Source: Oscillospiraceae bacterium (GTDB lineage Bacteria; Bacillota; Clostridia; Oscillospirales; Ruminococcaceae). From it: 64,000 nt of DNA. The translations under genes and the position numbers were made by a program. Below are positions 23,840-31,822 of the stretch, piece by piece. The notes under the pieces are model-generated. The model was not told the DNA's origin. It did no database searches and saw only the letters and a program-made list of their open reading frames with translations. Every line of letters begins with the position of its first letter. Position 1 is the first letter of the stretch. The DNA lies in assembly GCA_024695445.1 (NCBI GenBank), contig JAILIG010000117.1:1041-65040 (forward strand). Direction: 5' to 3'.

Positions 23840-25321
23840 TCACGCTCTGTGGCCGCCGACCTGTTTATTCCGCTCGACAGCCGTGGCTCCTTCTTCCAGA
23901 TTCATACCCTTCAAAACCGCATTTTTCCCGTATCTGCCTTTCAGAGAGATCACTGCTTTCTGAAGGCTTTTTTCGCGCTTTTGTGCAGATTCTTCTTTTT
24001 TTTGGCGCTGCTCCGCAGCTTCCGCATCCTCAAACAGCCCGTACTGGAGCGGCTGATTGCTCTTCGCATCCTGTTCCGGGATGACATGATTTGCCACGAC
24101 ATACATTCTCCTGACAAGCAGCCGCGAATCTACAATCCGGTCCCAGAGCTGTACGGCAGCCGCCGTCAAGACCATGGATGAAGCAGTCTGTTTTCCGAGA
24201 TTCACTGAGCCATGCGCCTGTTTCGGGAGTGTCTTGCCGTACCGGTTCTGTTCCAGAACGCCGTCAAAGTTCTCCGGGATCCCGCTGTCATCATAGCCGA
24301 CGGTCAGCACCAGCTGATCGCAGACCAGCCCCTTGGATACCAGATCGAGCACCAGCTGTTCCGTCATTTCCCGACAAATCAGCCGGCCCATTTCCGCTGA
24401 GTAAGGTCCCGGCAAAACCTGTCCCTGACTGACGCTGTGATTTTCCGGCCGATACCCTTTGATTGCGGCAAGCGTACAGGGTTCCCAGCCCCAGGCGTGG
24501 TCAATCAGCAGCTCGGCATTGACGCCGAACAGCTTGTAAAGCTTTGCGGCATTCCATTCCGAATACCGTGCCAGATCACCCATTGTATAAATGAATTCCC
24601 GTTCCAGCTTGCGGGCAGTTCCGCTTCCGATCCGCCAAAAATCGGTCAGCGGCCGGTGACTCCAGAGCTGTCGGCGGTAAGACATCTCATCCAGCTCCGC
24701 AATCCGGACGCCGTCCTCATCAGCCGGCATCTTTTTGGCCACAATATCCATTGCAATCTTCGCCAAGTAGAGATTGCTGCCGATTCCAGCCGTCGCCGTG
24801 ATGCCGGTTCTGGCCACCACATCCCGTACCATACGCAAAACGAGGTCATGCGCGGTACTCTGATAGCTGTCCAGATAATTTGTCAGATCCAGAAAAGCCT
24901 CATCCACCGAATAGATATAAATGTCTTCCGGTGACACGTACCCAAGATATATCTGAAAAATTTCTGTACTAACCTTTATATACCGTGCCATTTTTGGCGG
25001 TGCAATCACATACTCCAATTTCAGAGAAGAGTCGCGTGCAAGCGCATCGGCGAAACAGGAGCCGCCGGTAAACCGGTGACCGGGCGCACGCTGCAACCGC
25101 CTCATATTCTCCTGCTGTACCTTTTGCACCACTTCAAACAGACGCGGCCTGCCCGGTACGCCGATCGCCTTCAGCGCAGGAGAAACAGCCAGGCAGATCG
25201 TCTTTTCCGTCCTGGAGGCATCCGCAACGACCAAATTGGTATTCAGCGGATCCATCCGACGGTCTGTGCATTCCACCGAAGCATAAAAGCTTTTCAGGTC
25301 AATACACGCATAAACCGGCAT
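23840..25321 (-). CDS. Y-family (DinB/UmuC/ImpB-like) translesion DNA polymerase
   Basis: ATG 25321 (MPVYACIDLKSFYASVEC) is preceded by GGAAGGAGG. Motifs IDLKSFYASVE, YSVDEAFLDLT, GIGSNLYLAKIA. The track ORF extends to 25369. Confidence 0.88.
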   Translation of the reverse strand: MPVYACIDLKSFYASVECTDRRMDPLNTNLVVADASRTEKTICLAVSPALKAIGVPGRPRLFEVVQKVQQENMRRLQRAPGHRFTGGSCFADALARDSSLKLEYVIAPPKMARYIKVSTEIFQIYLGYVSPEDIYIYSVDEAFLDLTNYLDSYQSTAHDLVLRMVRDVVARTGITATAGIGSNLYLAKIAMDIVAKKMPADEDGVRIAELDEMSYRRQLWSHRPLTDFWRIGSGTARKLEREFIYTMGDLARYSEWNAAKLYKLFGVNAELLIDHAWGWEPCTLAAIKGYRPENHSVSQGQVLPGPYSAEMGRLICREMTEQLVLDLVSKGLVCDQLVLTVGYDDSGIPENFDGVLEQNRYGKTLPKQAHGSVNLGKQTASSMVLTAAAVQLWDRIVDSRLLVRRMYVVANHVIPEQDAKSNQPLQYGLFEDAEAAEQRQKKEESAQKREKSLQKAVISLKGRYGKNAVLKGMNLEEGATAVERNKQVGGHRA

Positions 25322-25371
25322 TGTCTCTCCCCCCTCCTTCCGATGATTGTCCTTGCATTTCTCTTTCACCC

Positions 25372-25400
25372 ATTATATCACGCTCTGCTGCAAAAGTCAA
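25372..25400 (-). promoter_or_regulatory. Sigma-A-type promoter of the polymerase-yolD unit
   Basis: Minus strand: TTGACT (25400-25395), 17 nt, TATAAT (25377-25372). No GAAC-N4-GTTC box overlaps it. Confidence 0.5.
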
Positions 25401-25461
25401 TCTCCAGACAGCATCCGGCGTCCGTTCGGCACAACATAGATTCCGCCCCGTTGCGGCGCAG

Positions 25462-25490
25462 TTGACGGAATTGTTTTTTTATGGTATAAT
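25462..25490 (+). promoter_or_regulatory. Sigma-A-type promoter of thrH
   Basis: TTGACG, 17 nt ending in TGg, TATAAT. Confidence 0.5.
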
Positions 25491-25552
25491 ATCTTTGTAT
25501 GGCCGCAATGCGGTCTGAACCAACGATCATATTCACAAGGGAGAAATGAAAA

Positions 25553-26158
25553 ATGTATATTACCTGCCTGGATCTTGAAGGCGTTCTCGTACCGGAAATC
25601 TGGATTGCTTTTTCTGAAGCAAGCGGCATTCCTGAGCTCAGAAAAACAACACGGGACGAGCCGGATTACGACAAACTGATGAAATACCGTCTGGCCATTC
25701 TGAAGGAGCACGGCCTCGGTCTGAATGAAATCCGTGAGACCATCGCAAAAATTGATCCGATGCCCGGCGCGAAGGAATTTCTGGATGAGCTGCGTGCCAT
25801 CGGACAGGTCATCATCATCAGCGACACGTTCTCGCAGTTTGCGGCTCCGCTGATGGAAAAGCTCGGCTGGCCGACCATTTTCTGCAATTCGCTGGAGGTT
25901 GCCGAAAACGGTGAAATCACTGGTTACAAAATGCGCTGCGAGAAGTCTAAGCTGACAACGGTCCGTGCGCTGCAGTCCATCGGATTTGAGACGATTGCCA
26001 GCGGTGACAGCTACAACGATCTCGGCATGATTCTGGCCAGCAAAGCAGGATTCCTGTTCCGCTCCACAGAGCAGATCAAAAAGGATTACCCGGAGCTTCC
26101 GGCCTATGAGGAATACAGCGATTTACTTGCAGCAATCAAAAACGCAATAAACCAGTAA
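25553..26158 (+). CDS. thrH: Phosphoserine phosphatase / homoserine phosphotransferase ThrH (HAD family)
   Basis: 201 aa. MYITCLDLEGVLVPEIWIAFSE..TTRDEPDYD..IISDTF..GDSYND is near-collinear with Pseudomonas ThrH as I remember it. Confidence 0.85.
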   Translation: MYITCLDLEGVLVPEIWIAFSEASGIPELRKTTRDEPDYDKLMKYRLAILKEHGLGLNEIRETIAKIDPMPGAKEFLDELRAIGQVIIISDTFSQFAAPLMEKLGWPTIFCNSLEVAENGEITGYKMRCEKSKLTTVRALQSIGFETIASGDSYNDLGMILASKAGFLFRSTEQIKKDYPELPAYEEYSDLLAAIKNAINQ

Positions 26159-26225
26159 CCGTCCAGGCGCCGGGCAGATTTCTTGTCTGATTCCGCGCCT
26201 GGGTACGAACAAATTATGTCATTTC

Positions 26226-26284
26226 AAAACCGGTCGGCAGCCGCTGTCTTTCAAGCGGGATTCCGACCGGTTTTCGCGTCAGAC
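26226..26284 (+). terminator. Terminator downstream of thrH
   Basis: 12-bp stem AAAACCGGTCGG/CCGACCGGTTTT enclosing a smaller CCGCT..AGCGG hairpin, with a T-run at the 3' end. A second 8-bp hairpin lies at 26163-26202. Confidence 0.6.
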
Positions 26285-26318
26285 GGCCATTATTTCGCAA
26301 TTATTGAGAATTACGCTA

Positions 26319-26347
26319 TTGACATAGCTGTCTTTTTGTGTTATACT
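26319..26347 (+). promoter_or_regulatory. Sigma-A-type promoter of the PBP-GGDEF-AraC regulator gene
   Basis: TTGACA, 17 nt ending in TGt, TATACT. Confidence 0.45.
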
Positions 26348-26393
26348 GATGTTGGATTGTATACTCATCCACCAGTCTGAACAGGAGGGAGCT

Positions 26394-28628
26394 ATGAAGA
26401 AACGATTACTCATCGGTGTAATTGTCTGTGAGACGGAACAGCTGATGCAGCGGCGTCTCATTAAAGGCATTACCGCGCAGGCGTTTGATCTCAACATGGA
26501 TGTTGCTGTCTTTTCGTGCATCACCAACAACCATGAAATGACACCGCATCAGAGATCTGAATTCAATCTGTTTCGATACATCAATTTCTCCATGTTGGAC
26601 GGCATCCTGTATCTTCGCAATTCCATTCACTGTGAAGAAGAGCGGCTGATTCTCGACCGGATGCTTGCAGAGCAAAAACTGCCTGTACTCGTGCTGGATG
26701 ACGATACCACACAGTTCAGTCATCTGCTGATGGATGACCGCAGCGGCTTCGCAGCCATTACCAACCATCTCATCACCGTACACGGTCTGACGGATCTAAT
26801 CTGCCTGACCGGACAGGCCTGGCAGTATACCGCACAGCAGCGGGTACTTGGATTTCAGGACGCGATGCGGGCGCATCATCTGAATGTACCGGAAAGCGCT
26901 GTAATTTACGGCGATTACTGGTATGAATCCGCGCGTCAGCTTGCAAAAGAACTCATCAGCGGGCAGCGCAAGCTCCCGCAGGGCATTGTCTGCGGAAACG
27001 ATCCGATGGCAAAGGCGCTCTGTCACGAGCTGACTGTCAACGGAATCCGGATCCCGCGGGATATCATGATTACGGGATATGACGCATCCCTGACCGAGAC
27101 ACAGAGCCTCATTCCGCTGACCAGCTATGTCCGGAAAAACTTCCGTCTGGGCGCACAGGGCGTGGCAAAGCTCTATGAAATGATGACCGGAGAAACCTGT
27201 GTTCTGACACAGACAGAGCGCATTGAAGTCATTACCGGAAACAGCTGCTCCTGCGGTGTAGATCTGGATTACCTCCAGCATCAGATCCGCGTCAACGAAA
27301 AACAGGACGATTTCCGCACGCTTTTCCGCACCAGCAACATGAACATTTATGTCACCCGACAGGAAACACTGGATGACTGTATGGAAGCGATCCGGAACAA
27401 CATCTATCTCATCCGTGACTGCAAGGAATACTATCTATGTCTGTGTGAGGACTGGGAAGGCGGCGGAGCTGTTGAAAATCCGTCGGAATACCGGCGAGAG
27501 GGCTTCCCCAAGCATATGCTGCTCAAGCTTTTCAACGAGCCGGGCGGCGGTGTCGTGACAAAGCCGTTCCCGACAGCCAAAATGCTGCCGCGGCTGCATG
27601 AAGACCGTGAAAAACCGGGAGCATTTTTCTTCTCCCCGCTGCATCACGATGACCGCTTTTTCGGTGTGTCCGTCATCAGCTTCGGTGACCGCCTTGATAC
27701 ATATGATCCTGTATACTGCGACTGGATCAGCGTCGTCAACACAGCGCTGGAATTTGTCCGGATGCAGTCTTATCTCAAACGGTTCAACAGCCGGATTTAC
27801 CTCTCGGCCATCCGCGACTCGCTGACCGGCCTCTATAATCAGGCAGGCTATCAGAAATTTGCAGAAGAATGCTTTGCATCCGCCAAAAATGAGCACCGGA
27901 GGTTCCTGCTCCTGTATGCAAGCTTTGATTCGCTCCGTCAGATTAATGAAACCTACGGCCATTCCGAAGGTGACAGCGCCGTGACCGTTCTGGCGACCGC
28001 GATGAACAGCAGCTGCACGACCTATGAGCGCTGTGCAAGAACACAGGATGCGGAATTTGCGATTGTCGGCTATCAGGATTATGAAGCAGACGCCTGTCAG
28101 CGAATCATCAACTCCGTAACAGGCTATCTGGAGCATTACAATCAAAGCTCTTTGAAGCCTTATAAATTGAATGCCTGTTTCGGCTGGTTCTGCGATTATG
28201 TGTCAGCAGACGCCACGCTTGAGGAAATATCAGCCATTGCGGTACGGCATCTGGAGGAAAGCCGGGAATCCCAGCAAAGTGAAAAATCCTCACCGTATTA
28301 CCGCGAATTTGTCAGTCTGCGGGAACGCATTTACAGCAATCCGCAGGAGGACTGGAGCATCGACCAAATGTGCCGTGATCTGATTTTAAGCCGCGGCTAT
28401 TTCCAGAAGCTTTATACCCGCTGCTTTGGCATCAGCTTCACGCAGGATGTCATCAACAGCCGCATTGAATATTCCAAGCGGCTGCTTTCCGGCACGGATT
28501 ACAGCATTGCGTACATCGCTGACCAGAGCGGCTACAGCAACTATGTTCATTTCATGCATCAGTTCAAGAAAATTGTCGGCATCACACCGACGGAATACCG
28601 CCGCCGCAAGCGGCAGAACGAACCCTGA
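26394..28628 (+). CDS. One-component regulator: LacI-type sugar-binding (PBP1) domain without HTH + central unknown domain + degenerate GGDEF domain + C-terminal AraC-type HTH
   Basis: ATG 26394 (MKKRLLIGVIV) follows AGGAGGGAG. GGDEF-like block RDSLTGLYNQ..ETYGHSEGD with QDAEF in place of GG[DE]EF. C-terminus GYFQKLY..IAYIADQSGYSNYVHFMHQFKKIVGITPTEYRR is AraC/XylS. Confidence 0.75.
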   Translation: MKKRLLIGVIVCETEQLMQRRLIKGITAQAFDLNMDVAVFSCITNNHEMTPHQRSEFNLFRYINFSMLDGILYLRNSIHCEEERLILDRMLAEQKLPVLVLDDDTTQFSHLLMDDRSGFAAITNHLITVHGLTDLICLTGQAWQYTAQQRVLGFQDAMRAHHLNVPESAVIYGDYWYESARQLAKELISGQRKLPQGIVCGNDPMAKALCHELTVNGIRIPRDIMITGYDASLTETQSLIPLTSYVRKNFRLGAQGVAKLYEMMTGETCVLTQTERIEVITGNSCSCGVDLDYLQHQIRVNEKQDDFRTLFRTSNMNIYVTRQETLDDCMEAIRNNIYLIRDCKEYYLCLCEDWEGGGAVENPSEYRREGFPKHMLLKLFNEPGGGVVTKPFPTAKMLPRLHEDREKPGAFFFSPLHHDDRFFGVSVISFGDRLDTYDPVYCDWISVVNTALEFVRMQSYLKRFNSRIYLSAIRDSLTGLYNQAGYQKFAEECFASAKNEHRRFLLLYASFDSLRQINETYGHSEGDSAVTVLATAMNSSCTTYERCARTQDAEFAIVGYQDYEADACQRIINSVTGYLEHYNQSSLKPYKLNACFGWFCDYVSADATLEEISAIAVRHLEESRESQQSEKSSPYYREFVSLRERIYSNPQEDWSIDQMCRDLILSRGYFQKLYTRCFGISFTQDVINSRIEYSKRLLSGTDYSIAYIADQSGYSNYVHFMHQFKKIVGITPTEYRRRKRQNEP

Positions 28629-28632
28629 CAGC

Positions 28633-28675
28633 AAAACGCATATTCCGGCATCCGCAAAGCCGGGATATGCGTTTT
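28633..28675 (+). terminator. Terminator of the regulator gene
   Basis: 17-bp stem AAAACGCATATTCCGGC/GCCGGGATATGCGTTTT (one G-U pair), with a T-run. Confidence 0.7.
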
Positions 28676-28698
28676 CCTTGTGTGTATGAAAAAAGGAA

Positions 28699-28728
28699 GG
28701 GAGCAGTCCTGGAACTGCTCCCTTTTTT
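28699..28728. terminator. Bidirectional terminator (serves the convergent esterase gene)
   Basis: GGGAGCAGT/ACTGCTCCC stem flanked by AAAAAA and TTTTTT. Confidence 0.7.
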
Positions 28729-28757
28729 CGATTCGTTTCAAGCCTCGATTGCATCCG

Positions 28758-30464
28758 TTATGCCTTGAAGATTGCTCTGTAGAAGTTGTAGAACAGCGGG
28801 CAGCCGACTCTCGCATCATGATCCGCGCCCTGGAATTCCATCCAGAGGTTCATGGTGCCGTTCTTGTCGTACAGCTCATGATACTGCTTCGGGAAGGTAC
28901 CGACAACCGAGTCATTCGTGCCGCCGCCGATCAGCAGGACATACGGCAGATCGCTGTCACTGTACTTGAAATCGCTTTCCTTCAGTCTGGCGGTACGCGC
29001 AAGGTTATAGCTTCCGAGATGGTTGGAAAGGAAGCTGTCGCTTGCCGGCACAATGCCCGGCGCAGGAGACGAAGCACAAACATAACCGATCAGATCCGGT
29101 CTCATCATTCCGACATAGAGAGACTCTCTTCCGCCCATGGAGAAGCCGGCAACTGCGGTATGCTCGCGGCCAGTCATAACAGACCAGTGCTCCTGCACAT
29201 ACGGCATCAGGCTTTCTGTCAGGTCAAAGACAAAGTCATCGTACTTGTCCATGACATCCATTGTAATGCCCATGCCAAAGCCGGGAGAACCCGTCGTGTT
29301 GGGATCAGTAAACATCTGCGTGAAGATGATGATAAACGGCTCTGCCTCGCCGCTCTGAATCATGCTGGAAGCCATTTCACGGACTGCCCAGGACTTATCA
29401 AGCATACTGTTCTCATCGCCGAAGATACCGTGGCTCATGTAGAGAACATTGTACTTCTTGCTGTCAGAATATCCGGGCGGGAGCCAGACATACGCACCCT
29501 TGTTGTGGCCGGCCTTCTTGGACATATAGTCAAAGTGTGTGGTTTTACCTTGATCGCTGCCCTTCACATTGCCGGGGACATCCTTTGTCAGCGTTGCTTT
29601 GACCTGAGACATATATGTCTTGGCGTCGGTCTTACCGCCGCCGCCGCCGGAAGTGGTCGTAACCGTTTCGGTGGTCGTAGTAGTGGTCGTAGTTGTCGCG
29701 GGCGGATTCAGAATCAGCGCCTTGAGCAGTGCAAGGTCAATCGCGTTCAGCGAACCGTCTCCGTCCATATCCGCAGTGTCCTTATACACCGTTGCGGACT
29801 TACAGATCAGGAAATCGCGCAGTGCAACCGCATCATCCGCGTTTGTTTTGCCGCTGTGGTCGACATCGCCCTTCTGATAATTGCCGGAAGGCGGATTATC
29901 GCCGCCGCTGCTGATACCGCCGCTTCCTTCAACGATGATAACATCGTCTACATAGAAGTCGCATTTAGAATCTTCTGTCTCAATGTAGAGAACCGAAGCG
30001 CCCTCGCCGATGGTGTATCCTTCCTTGGAAAGAGTACCCCAGCCGCCGGACATCGGGCTGCAAGTCGCAAATGTGTCGTAGGTGGAGCTTCCGCCCATAC
30101 CCATGCCGCCGCCGCCACCTGTGTATTCAATTGTCATCTTGAATTCTACTGCCTGCGGCGTAGAATTCTGTTTTACCTGTGCGCTGACAGAAATCGTCTT
30201 TCCGGCCGGGAAAGTCGCACTGTCCAGCGTGTACGCAATGCCGTTCCAGCTGTCGTTTCTGTTTGTCACAGCTGCACATTGAGAACCGCTCGCTGCCGTA
30301 TCACTGCTGACCGCGACCTGACAACCCGTACCGCGCGCGGTCCAACCATCGAGCCCGGTTTCAAAAGTTGCGTGCATTAACTCCGCCGCTGCATTGACGG
30401 GGAATGCGGCCGCTGCACTGAGCGATAAGGTAATAGAGAGGAATGCCGAGAGAATTTTTTTCAT
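28758..30464 (-). CDS. Cellulosomal carbohydrate esterase: signal peptide + CBM4_9/CBM22-like module + dockerin + Thr linker + esterase (CE1/esterase-D fold, feruloyl/acetyl-xylan-esterase-like)
   Basis: Internal dockerin GDVDHSGKTNADDAVALRDFL..DMDGDGSLNAIDLALLKALIL. Nucleophile elbow GFSMGG. YNVLYMSHG. ATG 30464 (MKKILSAF) preferred over 30473. Confidence 0.85.
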   Translation of the reverse strand: MKKILSAFLSITLSLSAAAAFPVNAAAELMHATFETGLDGWTARGTGCQVAVSSDTAASGSQCAAVTNRNDSWNGIAYTLDSATFPAGKTISVSAQVKQNSTPQAVEFKMTIEYTGGGGGMGMGGSSTYDTFATCSPMSGGWGTLSKEGYTIGEGASVLYIETEDSKCDFYVDDVIIVEGSGGISSGGDNPPSGNYQKGDVDHSGKTNADDAVALRDFLICKSATVYKDTADMDGDGSLNAIDLALLKALILNPPATTTTTTTTTETVTTTSGGGGGKTDAKTYMSQVKATLTKDVPGNVKGSDQGKTTHFDYMSKKAGHNKGAYVWLPPGYSDSKKYNVLYMSHGIFGDENSMLDKSWAVREMASSMIQSGEAEPFIIIFTQMFTDPNTTGSPGFGMGITMDVMDKYDDFVFDLTESLMPYVQEHWSVMTGREHTAVAGFSMGGRESLYVGMMRPDLIGYVCASSPAPGIVPASDSFLSNHLGSYNLARTARLKESDFKYSDSDLPYVLLIGGGTNDSVVGTFPKQYHELYDKNGTMNLWMEFQGADHDARVGCPLFYNFYRAIFKA

Positions 30465-30552
30465 GGAAATCATCCTTTCTCAAGAATTGTGGTCCCCCAT
30501 AATAGAAAAGATGCTCTGTTTTTTTATTTCCATTTTCCCAGTTTCCTGTTAT

Positions 30553-30581
30553 ATTATAAATGATTCAGCACAAAATGTCAA
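30553..30581 (-). promoter_or_regulatory. Sigma-A consensus promoter of the esterase gene
   Basis: Minus strand: TTGACA, 17 nt, TATAAT. Confidence 0.5.
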
Positions 30582-30692
30582 TAGAAAATTTGCAGGAAAA
30601 TCGTATAGTATGTCAAAAGCAAACTGCAAATCATGAACAAAGGATTCACATTTTACAGGAATATATGAATAAAAATCCCGCACTTGTGTTTT

Positions 30693-31196
30693 TTAGTTCC
30701 TTTTGATTGCGCAAATATCAGCATACACCCTGCGCATCAGCGCAGCATCTGCGCCGTCGGTATTAATGAGCGTATAGTAAATTCCGTCCGAACACCATGT
30801 CAGCCGGCGGCTGATGCCGCCTGTCAGAACAGACTCCAGCACGGCATTCCGTTCCGCATCTACGGTTTCCGGCGTGAGCACCTGGCCGTACAGTCCGGAA
30901 ACATCCTCGTTGCTTTCGGCCACACGCAGGGTAAACTGATACTGCGCATACTGAAACGCAATATTTGCAATGTTTTTGCTCAAAACGGAATAAGAAATAT
31001 GATCTGCTCCGTGCGGTGCGTCTGCGCGAAAACCGAGCTGCTCTTCAAAATCATCCGGTGAAGCCGGCACAAACGGGTTCGGGAGGCGCAGAACCGGTTC
31101 ATTCTGCCGGCCGGACTCTGACCGTTTCCGGTATACCAGCCCCGCACAAACCGCTGCCGCTGCTGCGCCGAGAATCAGACCGCCTAAATACTTCAT
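30693..31196 (-). CDS. Hypothetical membrane-anchored protein
   Basis: 167 aa. Single N-terminal TM helix (LGGLILGAAAAAVCAGLV) then a soluble domain with no recognisable motif. AGGAGGG lies upstream of the ATG. Confidence 0.5.
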   Translation of the reverse strand: MKYLGGLILGAAAAAVCAGLVYRKRSESGRQNEPVLRLPNPFVPASPDDFEEQLGFRADAPHGADHISYSVLSKNIANIAFQYAQYQFTLRVAESNEDVSGLYGQVLTPETVDAERNAVLESVLTGGISRRLTWCSDGIYYTLINTDGADAALMRRVYADICAIKRN

Positions 31197-31316
31197 ATAA
31201 AACCCTCCTTTTGTAATCCTGAAGCGGGCATCTCACTGCCCTCTGTGTATCAGTGTATCACAATCCGGCTGCATTGTCAAGTCATTCCCCGCTTGACGCT
31301 GAAATCAAAAAGTGGT

Positions 31317-31616
31317 ATGATGGAGAAAAGGACGGTGAAGAAATTGGAGCGTATCCGAAAGCATTTTGTATTTAAAGGATCGGTGCAGGGCGTCGGATTC
31401 CGGTGGCGGGCCTGCCACGCGGCACAAAGATACGGCATTACCGGATGGATCCGGAATCTGGACGACGGCTCTGTCGAAATGGAAGCAGAAGGCACCCGTC
31501 CGGATCTGGATGCGATGCTTGCACATCTGGAACAAAGTCTCTGGATTGACATTTCGGAGATCAGAGCCGTAACGGTTCCGCTGCAAAGCGACCGTGATTT
31601 TGAAATCCGTGACTAG
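31317..31616 (+). CDS. acyP: Acylphosphatase (start uncertain)
   Basis: FKGSVQGVGFRWRACHAAQRYGITGWIRNLDDGSVEMEAEG is the acylphosphatase signature. A TTGACG-17(TGg)-TATGAT promoter (31293-31321) overlaps the first ATGs, so GTG 31335 or TTG 31344 may be the real start. Confidence 0.8.
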   Translation: MMEKRTVKKLERIRKHFVFKGSVQGVGFRWRACHAAQRYGITGWIRNLDDGSVEMEAEGTRPDLDAMLAHLEQSLWIDISEIRAVTVPLQSDRDFEIRD

Positions 31617-31822
31617 CTTTTACCGGCACCGGACATCCCGCGGAACATCTTGCTATATTTTGCGATTCAACCGGTAAAGTTGTACTGTAAATCCTACATA
31701 AATTCTTTGAAAATCCCCTTGATATGTCAAGACAAATCCTGTATCATGTTTATGGGCACAGAAATGTCTTGATTTTGTTCAGGCATCTGTATGCACATCT
31801 ATAATTCTAGGGGGAAATAAGA

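Noticed and set aside
25517-25528. GAACCAACGATC, a near-Cheo (LexA) box
   Set aside because: It has one mismatch in the GTTC half-site. It lies about 200 bp from the polymerase start, inside the thrH leader, and is not positioned to repress the polymerase promoter.
25500-25550. 16-codon upstream ORF (MAAMRSEPTIIFTREK) in the thrH leader
   Set aside because: It has no SD, it sits immediately at the predicted transcription start, and nothing in its composition suggests a Thr/Ser attenuation peptide.
28680-30380. 566-aa plus-strand ORF overlapping the esterase gene
   Set aside because: It is an antisense shadow ORF. The minus frame has a signal peptide, CBM, dockerin and a GFSMGG esterase elbow.
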